A stretch of DNA of 64,000 nucleotides, taken from NCBI GenBank assembly GCA_046563655.1, contig CM102285.1:3472001-3536000 (forward strand), read 5' to 3'. The first letter of the stretch is position 1, and each line of letters opens with the position of its first letter. Positions 12,701-25,600 of the stretch are shown in pieces. Under the pieces are notes generated by a model. That model searched no databases, was not told the origin of the DNA, and saw nothing but the letters and a program-made list of their open reading frames with translations. The stretch is from Yuukianura sp. NJ FZ-2021. Its lineage: Eukaryota. The position numbers were made by a program, and so were the translations under genes.

Positions 12701-14023
12701 CTCATTGTTTCTTTGGATCGTATGTGTCAAATTACTCCAAGTTTTGAGAAATGATATTCCCAAAATTTGAAAAATTTTGTGTTTCAGTTCAAAAATGGCT
12801 ACCATGACTGACCTTAGCATTGCCAAGGTCGTTCTCGGTGACACGAACAAATGCCAAGACGGGAATTCGAGCACGCACAATTCCGTCACCTACGACATTG
12901 AACGAGTTACGTTTCACTACGCCTTTGACACGGCGTCCTTTGCGAACGACGTAGCTATTGTGCATCTCAAGCAGAAAATTCAATTCAATGAAAACATCAA
13001 GGCAATTAGATTGGCAGGCACCAGTAAGTGTTTTGTACACAAGTGAGCCTGCATTTGCCATTTTTTTTCAGTTTTGCTTACATTTTATGTTTTTTGTTTA
13101 AACTTTCAACTCAATTGTTTTCAAATTGAATGAATTTAGATTTCGACCTTGTTCCTGGAATGAAAACACAGGCAAGCGGTTGGGGAACGACAGAATTCGG
13201 CGTAGCTGGAAGACCATCAGATTTGCTTCTGTCCAACGATCACTTCACTGTGCAAAATGAAACTGTTTGTCACGGAATTGTGGAAGACGTATTCGGAGCA
13301 ACGCCAGAAGTAGTGCAAGAGCATGGAAAATATGAACACTACTTTGAAGGAGTATTTTGCACTGGAAGCAAACTGAAAACTTTAAAGACTCGGGAGGGTT
13401 CTAGTGGAAAGGTACAGAAAAAGCGTAAAAGAACGGGAGCACGCCATTGTTTCAAATGAATTGTTTCAAATACGAATTGTTTCAAAAAAAATTGTTTCAA
13501 AACACCAGTTGTTCAGGGTTTAAGGGCTTAGATTAGGTTAATTTGGATTAGAATAATTAAGTTTAGGTTAGTTATGTAATTCTAGGTTAGGTTAGGTTAG
13601 GTTTAGGTATGAAAATTAGGTTTTTGAAACAAATTTTTTTTGAAACATTTCGTATTTGAAACAATTCATTTGAAACAATGGCATGGAACCAAAAGAACTG
13701 GGGAAAAAAGTTTTAAAAAGCTTCACTTTGTTTAAAGAATGTTTTTGATGGACTGTTGACTGTTCCAGGGTGACAGCGGTGGAAGCCTTGTGTTTTATCG
13801 AAATAACACTAGGAACCAACGCTTCCTGCAGGTTGGAATCGTCAGTTTTGAAGTACCACAGAAGTCAAACAGTACCAGCAGCAGCATCCGCAATGATGAA
13901 GAGCATTCTGATGCTAAAAGTACTGCTACTGATCCGAAACGCAACTGTAACGTTAACGAGAAAGTGGACTTCTTTATGTCAATTCCATTTCATCGTCGTT
14001 GGATTGATTTGGTGCTTTATTAA
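6707..14023 (+). CDS. Secreted CUB-like domain plus trypsin-family (S1) serine protease, copy 1 (multi-exon)
   Basis: Signal peptide MKVAVLFLFVSMTSAH. Cys-rich exon CPGFCNKNLTQCTANNGKIDGYCTDGFSYCC. CUB-like motifs YFKSPQFP, RLDFLHF, RCGKFTG, WNIKITQ. Protease IVNG, LTAAHC, NDVAI, GDSGGS. Exons joined by GT-AG signals. Confidence 0.85.
7035..8016. mobile_element. Tc1/mariner/pogo-type MITE in intron 2 of CUB-protease 1
   Basis: 23-bp perfect TIR cagtggattctctaaataaggga / tcccttatttagagaatccactg, flanked by TA on both sides. Confidence 0.9.
7335..7786. repeat. 19-bp GC-rich minisatellite (gcgctgttgYgcaggttgt)n in two blocks
   Basis: Directly visible tandem units at 7335-7670 and 7723-7786, each preceded by the same AT-rich leader (taatatattatatacagt). 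Confidence 0.95.
8758..10800 (-). CDS. Nij: Ninjurin, nested antisense in intron 3 of CUB-protease 1, with two alternative last exons
   Basis: Exons 10800-10732, 10506-10422 and 10317-10226 give MTTSTVKRKVEEMTEVEPYESQS-SKQLNVNRYATKKTIAQGMLDIALLTAN-ASQLKYVLQAGNRHPFYHVMLTLISISIVLQ, the ninjurin signature. This joins in phase 0 to 9400-9188 or 9042-8758. Confidence 0.9.
13435..13690. mobile_element. Foldback/MULE-like MITE in the last intron of CUB-protease 1
   Basis: Long inverted arms of attgtttcaaa subrepeats, GG...CC ends, 8-bp TSD aaaagaac (13427-13434 and 13691-13698), TTAGG tract in the middle. Confidence 0.85.
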
Positions 14024-14699
14024 CACTGAAATTAAAACAAGAAAGCAATAGTCGCCAAAAATCAACAAGTTGACACGTAGAATACTCAAGTTTAAACTTT
14101 GATGTAATTGAAGCCCTCGATCAAGTCCTTTCAGTATAAATTTTTTTCAAATTTCAAACAAACATGTATGTTCTTCTTTACCAATAAATTCTCGATTTCA
14201 GCTTTAAAAAATTTATTTTGGAAATCGTGGATTACAGGATTGCATCGTGATTTTACATTTGGATCTATCAAAACAATTCTCGTCCATTTTCTTCTAAATC
14301 TCAAGGTCAAACTGAGGTCCAACATTTTGAGTTCTGAATTTACAGGAAAAGTAACACGCTATCCGTGACCTTTGAGCCAATTCATGTCGATGTGGCGACG
14401 CGTGTTCCTGAAAAATAGTCCAGAAAAATAATTTTAAAAGCTTAGCCTAACTCCCTACCCTAAAACACGAACACATAAAACCCTTGCACTTTATTTGATT
14501 GCACCAACTTTGAATTCGACATTGACAAACAAATCGATATTTGATGCAAAAATAATGAAGATTTTGAATCCACTTGACCAATCGGCTTTTCGTTCCACTT
14601 TGCATAGACACTTTATGAATTTCATGTAGGTTTTTAGGTCTCCAGAGTCCAAGGCGGACAGAAGTTTTTTGAAAAAAAAAATTCAGTTGCCAACAAACA

Positions 14700-17600
14700 A
14701 TGAATGCGGCGGTGTTGTTCCTTTTCTTGTCGATTACTTCATTGGCTTACGGTAAAAAAAATTTAACGGAAGATTTCAAGTTTAAAAATTTTAATTTTGA
14801 AATACAGGGGCATCGATTTCAATAATATCTATTGATTCTTGCCACTTAACAGGGAAATCATGTCCCGGATTCTGCACCAAAGACTTGGAGCATTGCATAG
14901 CCAACAACGGGAAAATTGTAGGATATTGTTCAGATGGATTGGCTTGTTGTGACAGTAAGCACCAAAATAAACTTATACTTAATTTTCTCAATGAATATGA
15001 AATATTATTACGTTTATTATCTATACAAGTATAATTATTTAATTAATATGTAAAATTAAATAATAAATAATTTATAATTTGTCTACAGCGGTGGCTGGAG
15101 TGACGGGAACTTGTGGAGCTACCTTCAAGCGAAACAACGTGACCTACTTCAAATCACCGCAGTTTCCGGCCAACTCTACAGGTGACCTCAACTGCCAATT
15201 CAATCTGAAGCTGAGCGAAAATTCAATTGGAATTCGGTAAAAAATTTCTTCGAAAGTTTTTCTTAAAAAAAGAAGAAAAATCGACAAAAAAAAATTTTTT
15301 TAAAGTTGTCTTATAATTGCAAACTCAGCCCTTTCTTTTTTTTTCTCTGCTCTATTGAAAAAAAAATTCTTTGAATCTCTGGAAGTTATTCACGTTAGTT
15401 CTGATTTCGAATTGTAAAGGATTTTCATCGAAAAATAGATGAAGCTGAGCTGGCAACTATTTTTTGTATTGTTATTTCCTTTTTGTTCAGTTTCGGAAAG
15501 TGAATGAACTCTTGACATATGGCATGCGATACCCTCATTTTATATTGTCCAGATTTCCATACCGGTAACTGTAAGTTGAAAACCTGCATGTAAAAGAATT
15601 TAACGGTCGGTAACCTGCATCTGACTGAATGCAGCAGCTCAGAAAGTGTTGGAAAGGGAATCCGAGAAAAATCAGGACTTTCTCTACCTCTTTCTTTGCC
15701 TTAAAATGTGAATCACGCCGCACGGATTGCATTTGCTTCCTATTTGCACTTATGCGTCAAACGTCAAACCTTTATTAAGTATCGTCAGATACTTTTAGGG
15801 ATCGTAATGTCCGTCTGTCTGTCCGTCTGTCCGGCCGTCCGTATACTAGCCACAACATCTCTGGAACCGCTGGATCGATTTTCAATCTGTCTTTACAGAT
15901 GAACTTGACATTGTCCAGGGATGATTAATCGGTGTCCAGCTTGACCGGAAGTTGTCCAGGTTCGGGTCAAAGGTCAAGGTCAAATACATTTTTGACGGAA
16001 ATCGGGAAGGTCACCCTTATAAAAGTTGTACGTCTCATCGAGACGAACAACTTTTGTATAGGTGACCTTGACCTCTGATCCGGGGCTCTGGAGATATAGG
16101 CCTTACAAGTTGCATTATGGCGACGCTCATGCAATTCGCGTCTATAACTCCAGAACCACTGGACCGATTTTCAATCTGTCTTCGCGGTTGCGGTTCACAT
16201 GTACCAGGGGTGTATAATCAGTGTGCAGCTTGTCCGGAAGTTATCCAGGTCCGGGCCAAAGGTCAAGGTCAAGTACTCTATTGACGGAAATCGGAAAAAT
16301 TACCTCTACAAAAGTTGTGTATCCCATTGTGCTGAACAACTTTTGTAAAGATGACCTTGAGCTTTGATATACGTTTCCAGAGATACAGACGATAGAAGTT
16401 GCAAAATGGCGTCCCTCGTCCTAGTCGGGGAAGCATGACCTACTTTATGTTTTCTCCCGAGTCTGGCTGTCTGTCTGTCTGTCCGTCTGCCTGTCTGCAC
16501 AATAGTGTCAAAGGTCAAGGTTATGCTTTCTTTACAATACGGAAACGGATGGACAGACTCAGAAGTGGTTTGGGGGATCCGATTTTGATCACTTCGAGTG
16601 ACCTCTAACAGGGTCAACGCTCACGGTCCTCGTTTTTTTTCTACAATTCGGAAACGAATGGACCGATGCGGAAATGGTTTCCGGGGATGGATGTTTGATG
16701 ACGCGAGGACTAAAATTCCGAATGTTCTTTGACCTCAAGTGACCTCTAACCATATCAGAGGTCTACGCGCGGGAACTTTCTATAACTGATCTGACGATAC
16801 TTATTTACATCGTCTTTGCAAGAAGTTTATTTCTGAACATGATTTTCCAACAAAATTTCTAAGCAATGAGTTAATCATTTCTGATGCTGTAAGCACCAGG
16901 TCAACGGTCACGGAGATGCGAAGTTTTTAAAATTTGTTTGAGTTTGCTGTAACCTAACCTTCCAGGTTGGATTTTTTGCAATTTGAGTCTGACGCACTGA
17001 GCTACGGCCAAAATGAGCATACGTGTGACTCTGACTTGTTCTTCATTCGAGGATTTCAGCGATGGATGCCTCAAGCTAGATGTGGACGACTTACGGGCTA
17101 CTCCAGTTAGCAGATTTCAAAACGATTTTTTAAAAATCTGTTTGTTAACGCTTTTAATTTTCTTATGAAATTTCAAATTCCAGCAATCATTCCCAGAACT
17201 GGATCACAAGTAGAGGAACTAAAAACGCTGACTCTCTTTGCTCTCATGTCAAGTCCAGCTTACTTGTGGAACATCAAGATTACACAAATTTATGAAATTG
17301 GCGCCAAAAGTGGTAACAAGAGAAATTTAGTCATAATTATATTTTTGTAAATTGCATATTCACTCTATGCAACTACTATTGCAGATACAGAATCATTGAA
17401 ATCCGATGATGAGGAAGAAGTTTTCACGCAAAGTGCTATTGGAGATATCGAGGAACATCCAAAAGCGAACGTTTTGACACTCTTGATGAAGAATGAAAAC
17501 TGGAGCGCCAAAGCCACTGCAGAACTTTCACCAGAATTTGACACCGAAAGAAAGTAAAAATGCATTTATTGTAAATTTTTGCACAAATGAAGTATTAGAA

Positions 17601-18897
17601 CTACAAGATTCTTTTTCAATAGCTTGAACGCCAGTGTTGGTTCAATTATCAACGGAGTTGAAACGGACATCAAGTTAGTGCCATGGCAAGCCAGTCTGCG
17701 CATGTTCTACACAACTGACCAATTCCCACTGGAAACAATCCAGGAAGCAACTGGAGCAAACTGCAGCGTTACTGAAGGAATCCACTTCTGCGGCGGATCG
17801 ATCATTGACAACCAGCATATCCTCACTGCTGCTCACTGTTTCTTTGGAACGTAAGTCTCAGATATCCAGCTTTCAAAATTTCAAAATTTCGAAATTTTTA
17901 ACTTTTTGTTTCAGTTCAAAAACAGCTAGCATGACTGACCTTAGCTTTGCCAAAGTCGTTCTGGGCGACACGAACAAATGCAAAGATGGAAATACAAGCA
18001 CCTACAATTCCTCTACTTACGACATTGAAAGAGTTACTTTTCACTACGCCTATGACAGCGTGTCCATTGGCAACGACGTGGCCATTGTACATCTCAAGCA
18101 GAAAATTGAATTCAAGGAAAACATAAAGGCAATTGGATTGGCAGACACCAGTGAGAGCTAATTTTTCTACAATTCATATTCCTCGTGCCAAGTTTTTTAT
18201 TTTTGCTTTGCCAAAGCATCGTGTTTTCTTTTCCGCAAATGTTCAATTGTTTTTAATTTGAATGAATTTAGATTTTGAACTTGTTTCTGGCATGAACACA
18301 CTGGTTAGTGGTTGGGGATTGACAGAATTGGGCGAAGCTGGAACTGCACGAGGGACGCCAGACTTGCTTCTGTCCAATGACCACTTTACCATTGAAAATG
18401 AAACTGTTTGTCACGGATTTCTTGAGGAAGCATTTGGAGCAACTTCAGAAGTAATGCAAAAACATGGAAAATATGAACACTACTTTGAAGGAGTGTTTTG
18501 CACCGGAAGTAAACCGAAGAGTGGAAAAGCAGTGGAGGGATTCACTGGACAGGTTTAGAGAAAAAGAAACTCAAAAACCGTTTTTTTGTGTAAAATTTCA
18601 ATTTTCAAAAGCGCTTTCATCGAGAAATGTTTTGATGTCCAGGGTGACAGCGGAGGAAGCCTTGTGCTTCATCGAAATGACACTGGAAAAGACGAATTCG
18701 TGCAAATCGGAATAGTCAGTTTTGCATTACCACACAAATCAAACATCAGCAGCATCAGCAACGAAGAAGTGCAGGTTGATGCTAAGAATGCTGCTAATGA
18801 TCCGAAATGCAACTGCAAGGCTGATGAGGAAGTGGATTACTTCGTATCGATTCCATTTCATCGTCCTTGGATTGACTTGGCGCTTCGTCAACGCTGA
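14700..18897 (+). CDS. Secreted CUB-like domain plus trypsin-family serine protease, copy 2 (tandem paralog)
   Basis: Same exon structure as copy 1: MNAAVLFLFLSITSLAY, CPGFCTKDLEHC..., YFKSPQFP, LDFLQF, WNIKITQ, IING, LTAAHC, NDVAI, GDSGGS. Confidence 0.85.
15771..16832 (+). mobile_element. DINE-1/HINE-like non-autonomous Helentron-type element in intron 3 of CUB-protease 2
   Basis: 5' hairpin aagtatc-gtca-gatactt followed by a (GTCY)n microsatellite. Subterminal inverted repeat atctgacgatactt at ~16789. Internal ~290-bp duplication (15865 vs 16153). T-rich flanks. 3' end approximate. Confidence 0.7.
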
Positions 18898-19120
18898 AAT
18901 CTCAAAAAAATGTTGCACAGAATCAAAGCAGTATCTTCATGTTGCCCATCGAATATATAGTCATTTCAAAAGCTAACGTAACCAAAGCCTAAAATGCATC
19001 ATTATGTTTTTTTTTATTTCGAAAATCTTATTTTTGAAAACCTCGAAAAACCTGAAAAAAGAGTTAAGAATGAGTCGAAGTTTCTGTATTTTTGTTTCCT
19101 TCTGCAGCACGGTTGTTTTT

Positions 19121-19354
19121 CATCGTCAAAATATTTGTTAGCGATAACATTTACACGCAGGGTTCGGGACTGGGAAATACCAGTTGGGAAATAGGGTGGG
19201 AAATACCGGTAAATCCCGTCCTGGGAAATAGTTCTCTTGCCCACTGGAGGCCAACAACCAGACTTTTCGCTATTCTCGATGTGACTGGCCTAGTCACATC
19301 TACTCGGCTTCCCCACATCGTCAAAATATTTGTCAGCGATAACATTTACACGCA
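19121..19354. repeat. 39-bp direct repeat flanking a 156-bp G-rich insert
   Basis: catcgtcaaaatatttgtYagcgataacatttacacgca at 19121-19159 and 19316-19354. Confidence 0.8.
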
Positions 19355-19479
19355 AACCAAGGATGATACTGCGATAACTTAATCTGTTGACGACGGGATA
19401 GTAAAAAGCACTTCAGCACTTGTGTTTTGAGTCAAATCAAATAAAAAAACGGCTGTCGTAGTCCAAAATTTCTCATTCT

Positions 19480-20022
19480 GGTTGAAGTAAACTTGGGTTC
19501 CGCGCCTGTCCCCACCCGTTCAAATTTTCCCGCTGCTTCCATTGTCCCCACAAAATTACTGTTGTAGCACAATCACAGACGTAGTCAGTATTGCGTGCTT
19601 AACCAAACCTAACGCCGCGCCTTCGGCGCGGAAACTGCACTGTACCAAGAAGTTTCGTGCTGAAACTTCACAAAGAAGTTTGTTTGCAGTTTCCGCGCCG
19701 AAGGCGCGGCGTTAGGTTTGGTAAAGCACGCAATAGTGATTACGTCTGTAGGTTTGACTGACTAAAAGTCTCGCAATAGTGATTACATATTCCCTATTCC
19801 CTAGTGGGCTTCTCTACAGCGGCTTTTTTACATTGAAGCAACACTACAACGTTGCCAGCTCGAATTCGTTAGTTCGACACCAACCGCTAGGGGGAGTCGT
19901 TGTTTAAGGCTGGTGGGGACACATTTGTCCCCACTTGGTGGGGACACTGGGTGGGGACAATGGAAGCAGCGCGAAAATTTGAACGGGTGGGGACAGGCGC
20001 GGAACCCAAGTTTACTTCAACC
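19480..20022. mobile_element. MITE with ~70-bp TIR (GGTTGAAGTAAACTT ends) and 8-bp TSD
   Basis: TIRs ggttgaagtaaacttgggttccgcgcctgtccccacccg... and their reverse complement. TSD ctcattct (19472-19479, 20023-20030). Internal long palindrome at ~19575-19750. Confidence 0.92.
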
Positions 20023-20077
20023 CTCATTCTTTTAACAGAAAATATTTCTGAATTTGAAAGTTTTCCAATTTTTCGAA

Positions 20078-22358
20078 ATGAGTTGTTGTTGTTGTGGTTT
20101 ATGGCTGTGGGCCATTCTTACTGCAATTTTTGTTATTGCGTTTCGATATTTTTCGAAAGCTGACCCCCCGAAAATCTTCGGAGTTTATACTCAACCAGGG
20201 AAATCCTACTGGCCCAAACTCGTTGCATTTTACCTGTTGATGAGAATTCGAAAAGTGAGTTGTTCTTTCAATTTCTTAAATACATCTTTTATACCTTAAT
20301 TTTTTTGCAGAAAAAAAATTCTTTATTTTGATTAGATTTCAGTAATTAATGGAGGAATTGATTATAACTAATAATTTCTTTTATAACTTAATTGTTGTGA
20401 CATTTAGTTAGCTTCCAATTTAGTTTTGGTTTAAAGTAAATTTATTTGTGATTTCAATTCATTATGAAAAGTGGAAAGATTCAAGAGACAAGGCCAACGG
20501 TGAGCAAAAGGATTTGTATGAAGCAGGCTATGGAAAGTCGTCCAGAAACAACTTGGACGAAATGGAGAAAGTACAAAAACTTTCCAATGATCCAGGAGCC
20601 ATCGACGCCATTTACTTCAACGGCGCAAACGCGGATGGATTTCAAATCGTTACTGGAACAGCACGACGCCCCAAGGGGGTTGTCAACGGCTTCCTAATTT
20701 TCAGGTTTAAAAAATATCAATACAGACAAGGAACTCTAATGTAACTAAAGTTTGAGAAAAAAAATGCAAGAATTTCAAAAAAACTAAAACTGAAAAATTT
20801 AATTATTTTTGAATTTTTCAGAATTCCAAACATCGGAACTCTTGTTTCTCCTAAGTTTCCAGAAACGACGCTATTCGGTGGGTCTGAAGAATACTGGGGA
20901 GCTGAAGGAATGCGGTACACCAATCAGCTTCCGATGAAACACTGGAAGCTTCACTACGATGGCAATCTTAAGTAATTTTCTGACAAAATAATTTCTGGTT
21001 ACACCAACATTAGCGGATTCGACATCTTAATGTTAACCTAAACTTTTAACGCATAACCTAACAAAAACTAACTTGATTTTAACTAACAACTTGCTATATT
21101 TCAGAATGCATGGAGATGACAGCAGAGTTTTCAAAGTGAAACTGAATGCCGACTGGATCAGTACACTTCCTCACTTTGACTTCGATTGCATGATTCCGCC
21201 ATGGACAATGGCAAGATCAATTGCAAAAGAATCATGGAGTCGCCAGTATTTTGAAATGCTCAGAGAGTACAACTTTTTTTTAATTTATAAAATCTTGTTT
21301 TTTAAATGCTCAACAACTTTATCTTGCATGTTTTTCGAATTTCAGAGGTCATCAAACCCATTACGAGCAGCATGGAAACCTCGAAGGTGAAATTGAAGTG
21401 GACGGGTCAAAGTTCAAGTTCAACATTCCGTCCATGAGAGATCACAGTTACGGTGAGTCAATACTTATATAAAAACTTTTCGTTATCCAGAAAGTACTGA
21501 ATCGTATGGGGGGAGATCACCACCAGCGAAAATATTTGAACAAATCTGCAACGAAAAAAAAATTTTTTTTTTTGACTACGACGACATTCTTTTTGCAACA
21601 ACTGAAAAGTCGTTGCAAAAACAAAAGAGTCAACGCAAAAAAAGTCGACGTACAACAAAAGTAGTTCTAGAAAAAAAGTCGACGAAAATAAAATTGAGTT
21701 GCTTTAATTTTGTATTTCAATAAAAAAAACAGTTTGCTGGTGACCTCCCCCCATATAATCGAGCCTCAAAAATTTTGAAATGTAACAATTCTGAATTCTG
21801 AACTCAAGGCAAAAAGCGAGATTGGAAACTCTTGCATCGTTATATCATCAATATGTTTAACATGGAAGATGGTCGGAGGTTCCAGATCGGTATTGTGTCT
21901 CAACCTGTTACTAACTCTGAGTAAGTTACTAAATAAGCTCCACGTGACCTTGTTTGACGTCTGCCACTTCATAAAGTTGACCTTTGACATTTCTTTTTAG
22001 AGTGGAGTTAGGTTATGTGTATGAAACCGATGGATCGCTCCATGCCCTCGAGTGGGTTACGCCCAACCTGTTTGTGTACGGAGAAAATGGAGTGCCGCCA
22101 ACAGATTATGCTATGCACGTCAAAGCAACCAATGGGAAGCAGTATGTCGTACAAGTTCAAGTGCTGGAAACGCAAGAACTGTTCATTGGCTGGGAATGGG
22201 AAGCCAGACTTATCGAACGACGATGCAAATTTACAATAGATGGAGTCGAAGGCTACGGCGTTTCGGAGTGCATGTACCGAAATACTAGTGGCCGACCAGA
22301 GGAATATGCTAAGAACGATCCTGACTGGGCAAAGGACGCTGCAACATCTAAGAAATGA
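20078..22358 (+). CDS. Uncharacterised membrane-anchored protein with a CrtC/tocopherol-cyclase-like beta-barrel signature (multi-exon)
   Basis: Spliced ORF: MSCCCCGLWLWAILTAIFVIAF (anchor), DAIYFNG...TARR, HYEQHG...MRDHSYG-KRDWKLLHRY, GYGVSECMY. The HYEQxG...RDHSxG...RDW pattern suggests the fold; the function is inferred only. Confidence 0.7.
21507..21755. mobile_element. Small MITE-like element in an intron
   Basis: Imperfect inverted ends atggggggagatcaccaccagc / gctggtgacctccccccat, with internal aaaaaagtcgacg repeats. TSD not clear. Confidence 0.55.
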
Positions 22359-22652
22359 AACAGTTTTTAGAACAACCGTAAACGTTTTTTGAGGAGTAAA
22401 AAGAACATTGCAGGTAAAAAGTGTGTAGAGAATAATATAATTTATTCCGTGGAAGTGAAAAATAAACTAATTAATTAGCTTCTTTTTTTGCTCTAAAGCT
22501 AAAAGTGATTAAGAAAAGAAGAAAACTGGGGTCAGTCAAGAAATATAAAGTCCATTAAAACAGGCGATATTGCGTTTTTGGATGGGGTGGGTGCTGAAAA
22601 GTGAAACAACGAATCACACGACTTGTCCTGCAGCACAGTTGTACTTTTTTCT

Positions 22653-25600
22653 TCAATTTTTCTGGTTTTGAATTCTCTGTTCCAGTTTGGTAACTTCGTT
22701 GTTAATGGCGGACGGGAGATCGGAACCAATGTTGTCGTCAAAGTACTTTCGAATTGCAGAAACCTAAAGAAAAAAATTGTTGTTAAAACATAAAATCAAG
22801 TGCAGAAGAGGTACAATGTGAATGAAAGTTTTTTAATCTGCTTACCTCCTGCGTCCAGAAGTCCTTGGGAGTGCTGAAGAGTTCGTCCCATTTAATATTT
22901 GAAAGCCCGTCCAAATTAAATGACTCTTTCGTTGGGACGTAGCCAATTGGGGATTGGGTGGCAACGTTATTGGCTCCATCAATTCGTTTCAGAATCCAGT
23001 CCAAGACGCGAACGTTGTCTCCGAATCCGGGCCACATGAATTTGCCCTGCAACAAAAACAAAGCACATAAATTGTTGAAACTTCGAAAAGTGTAAACAAA
23101 TCCAAAACTGCTAAGAATTTAATATTGCCAATTGTACCTCAGCATCCTTGCGGAACCAGTTGACATGGAAGACACGAGGAAGCTTGTTGTTTGAATTTCG
23201 GGCAAAGGAGAGCCAGTGATCAAAGTATTGACCGATGTTATAGCCAACGAATGGACGCATGGCAAATGGATCGTGCATCACCATCTTTCCCTGCAAAAGT
23301 TAACATTTTTTTCAGTTTACCCGCCATTATTCAAATTTTCTAGCACTCTGGTTTCAAATCTAACCTTGAACTCAGCTGCAGCGGTGGCTTCAGAACGCAT
23401 AGCAGCACCCATGAAAACAGCATGATTCCAGTCAAGGGCTTCGTAAACGAGGGGAACGCCTTCTGGTCGCCGACCTCCGAAGAGAATGGCGTCAATTGGA
23501 ACTCCTTTAGGATCTTCCCAAGCTGGGTCCTATTCAAACATAAAATTCAAAATTCATAATTTTGTTTAAAAAAAGTCTCAGCAAATTAACTTTTGGAATT
23601 ATGAGAAAAACTTACTTGAATTGGGCACTGAGAAGCTGGAGAACAGAATCGGGAGTTTGGATGAGCTGCAAATTCTCCACAGTCTGGAGTCCATGGCTTT
23701 CCCTTCCAAGATGTAATTTTAACATTAGCATTTGGTTTGTCCATTCCTTCCCAGTAAACTCCTCCATCACTTGTGTAGGCAACGTTGGTGAAGACGGAGT
23801 TCTTGAAAATGGTTTGCATTGCAACTGGATTTGTTTTGTTTCCAGTTCCTGGAGCAACTCCAAAGAATCCATTTTCGGGATTAATTGCACGGAGTTGTCC
23901 ATTCTCATCAAATCGCATCCAGGCAATGTCGTCTCCGACACATTCAACTTTGTATCCAGGCAGTTGTGGTGTCATCATGGCGAGATTGGTTTTGCCACAA
24001 GCACTTGGAAAGGCGGCAGCGATGTATCGCTTGACTCCTTGTGGATTTGTAATACCAAGAATGAGCATGTGCTCGGCCAACCATCCTTCTTTCCTTGCCA
24101 TGTAAGAACCAAGACGAAGAGCCAAACACTTCTTGCCGAGGAGTGAGTTTCCACCGTAGCCTGAACCGTAGCTGATGATCTCGTTTGTCTCTGGTCTGTG
24201 GGTGATGATTGTCTGCTCGGGATTGCATGGCCAATTGTTGATGGCTGGTTTGGACATTGGAAGGGGTTGTCCAACAGAGTGCAAGCATCTAAATTCATCA
24301 TATATTAAATCGTTAGCTATTTTCATACAATCTGATGATACAAAACAAAGTGATGAAATCAAGACATACCGAACAAAGTCATCGTCTCCGAGAGCTTGGA
24401 GAACTTCCGTTCCCATTCTTGTCATGATCTTCATACTTGCTGCAACGTATGGGGAATCTGTCAGCTGAATTCCAATCTTGGACAGATGGGAGCCAACCGG
24501 TCCCATAGAAAATGGAATGACGTACATCGTGCGACCTTATGAAGAAAATTAAGTCATTGTAGAAGCAATTGAAAACATGGACGAAAAGAAGAATTCGACT
24601 ATTGAATGTCCATGGCATTACCCTCCATTGTGTGTGGAAATCGATCTGTCAATTCTTGATCCAATTGCTTTGGTGACATCCAGTTCGGCAAAGCACCTTT
24701 GGTTGGAGCATTTCCTTTGGGCACAACATCGTGTTCATTTTTAGTGCTGATGTAAGTTTTCGATTCGACTCGGGCAACGTCAGCTGGATCAGTATTCACC
24801 AACCAACTGAAAAATCGGAATTAAACAATCGAGTCACGTCAATCCACTCTCAAAATAACGACGAAGAATAGATAAATTCTTTCTATTATTGACACATTTG
24901 TGCCTACCAGTTTTCATATTTTGGAAGTGGATGAGCCATTCCCTGAGCCTCCATAATTTCCATCAATTTATGATGCTCGCGATCGCTTCCATCGCAGACA
25001 TGAATGTCCTTTGGATTGCAAAGGCCGGCACACTCCTCTACAAATCCAATAACCTTGACAAAACAGAAAAGAAATTATAGAAAGTGGTTCCTCCCGGATA
25101 CATCGTACGTCATAAGCCAAAGATGTCATCGTGTCGCAACAGCCATTAGATTAGGAGTGCCATAAGTAGCATTAGATTAGGCACTCGTGACATGGTTGAC
25201 CTCTGTCTCATAGCACGTACCTTCTTGGGCAGTTCCAGCGTATTTGCTTTCGTGGCTGGAACGACGGATAATTTTCTGGCCGCCGCGGCCATTTGGATCC
25301 CAATGGCCGAAAATTGTGGGGAGGAGGAAAGGCATTTTGTAATAGCCAATCCGGTGTTGCTCAATCTGAATTGGAAAAAAAATTCCAGCAATTAGCACAA
25401 GCTATCAAATTGCACAAAAAATAGAAGGGCAAACAAGCACTTGAAAACGAGAGGCAACTTCTGAGTAATTTATATGCGAGGTAACAAGTTGCAAAAATAG
25501 TTATATCACATTAGGGTGGAATAAATTCGCAAAACCTGGAATTATCTAACTATCGTGGAGTAACTACGTTGCAAGGTGATAGAAGGTCACAGAGTATGTC

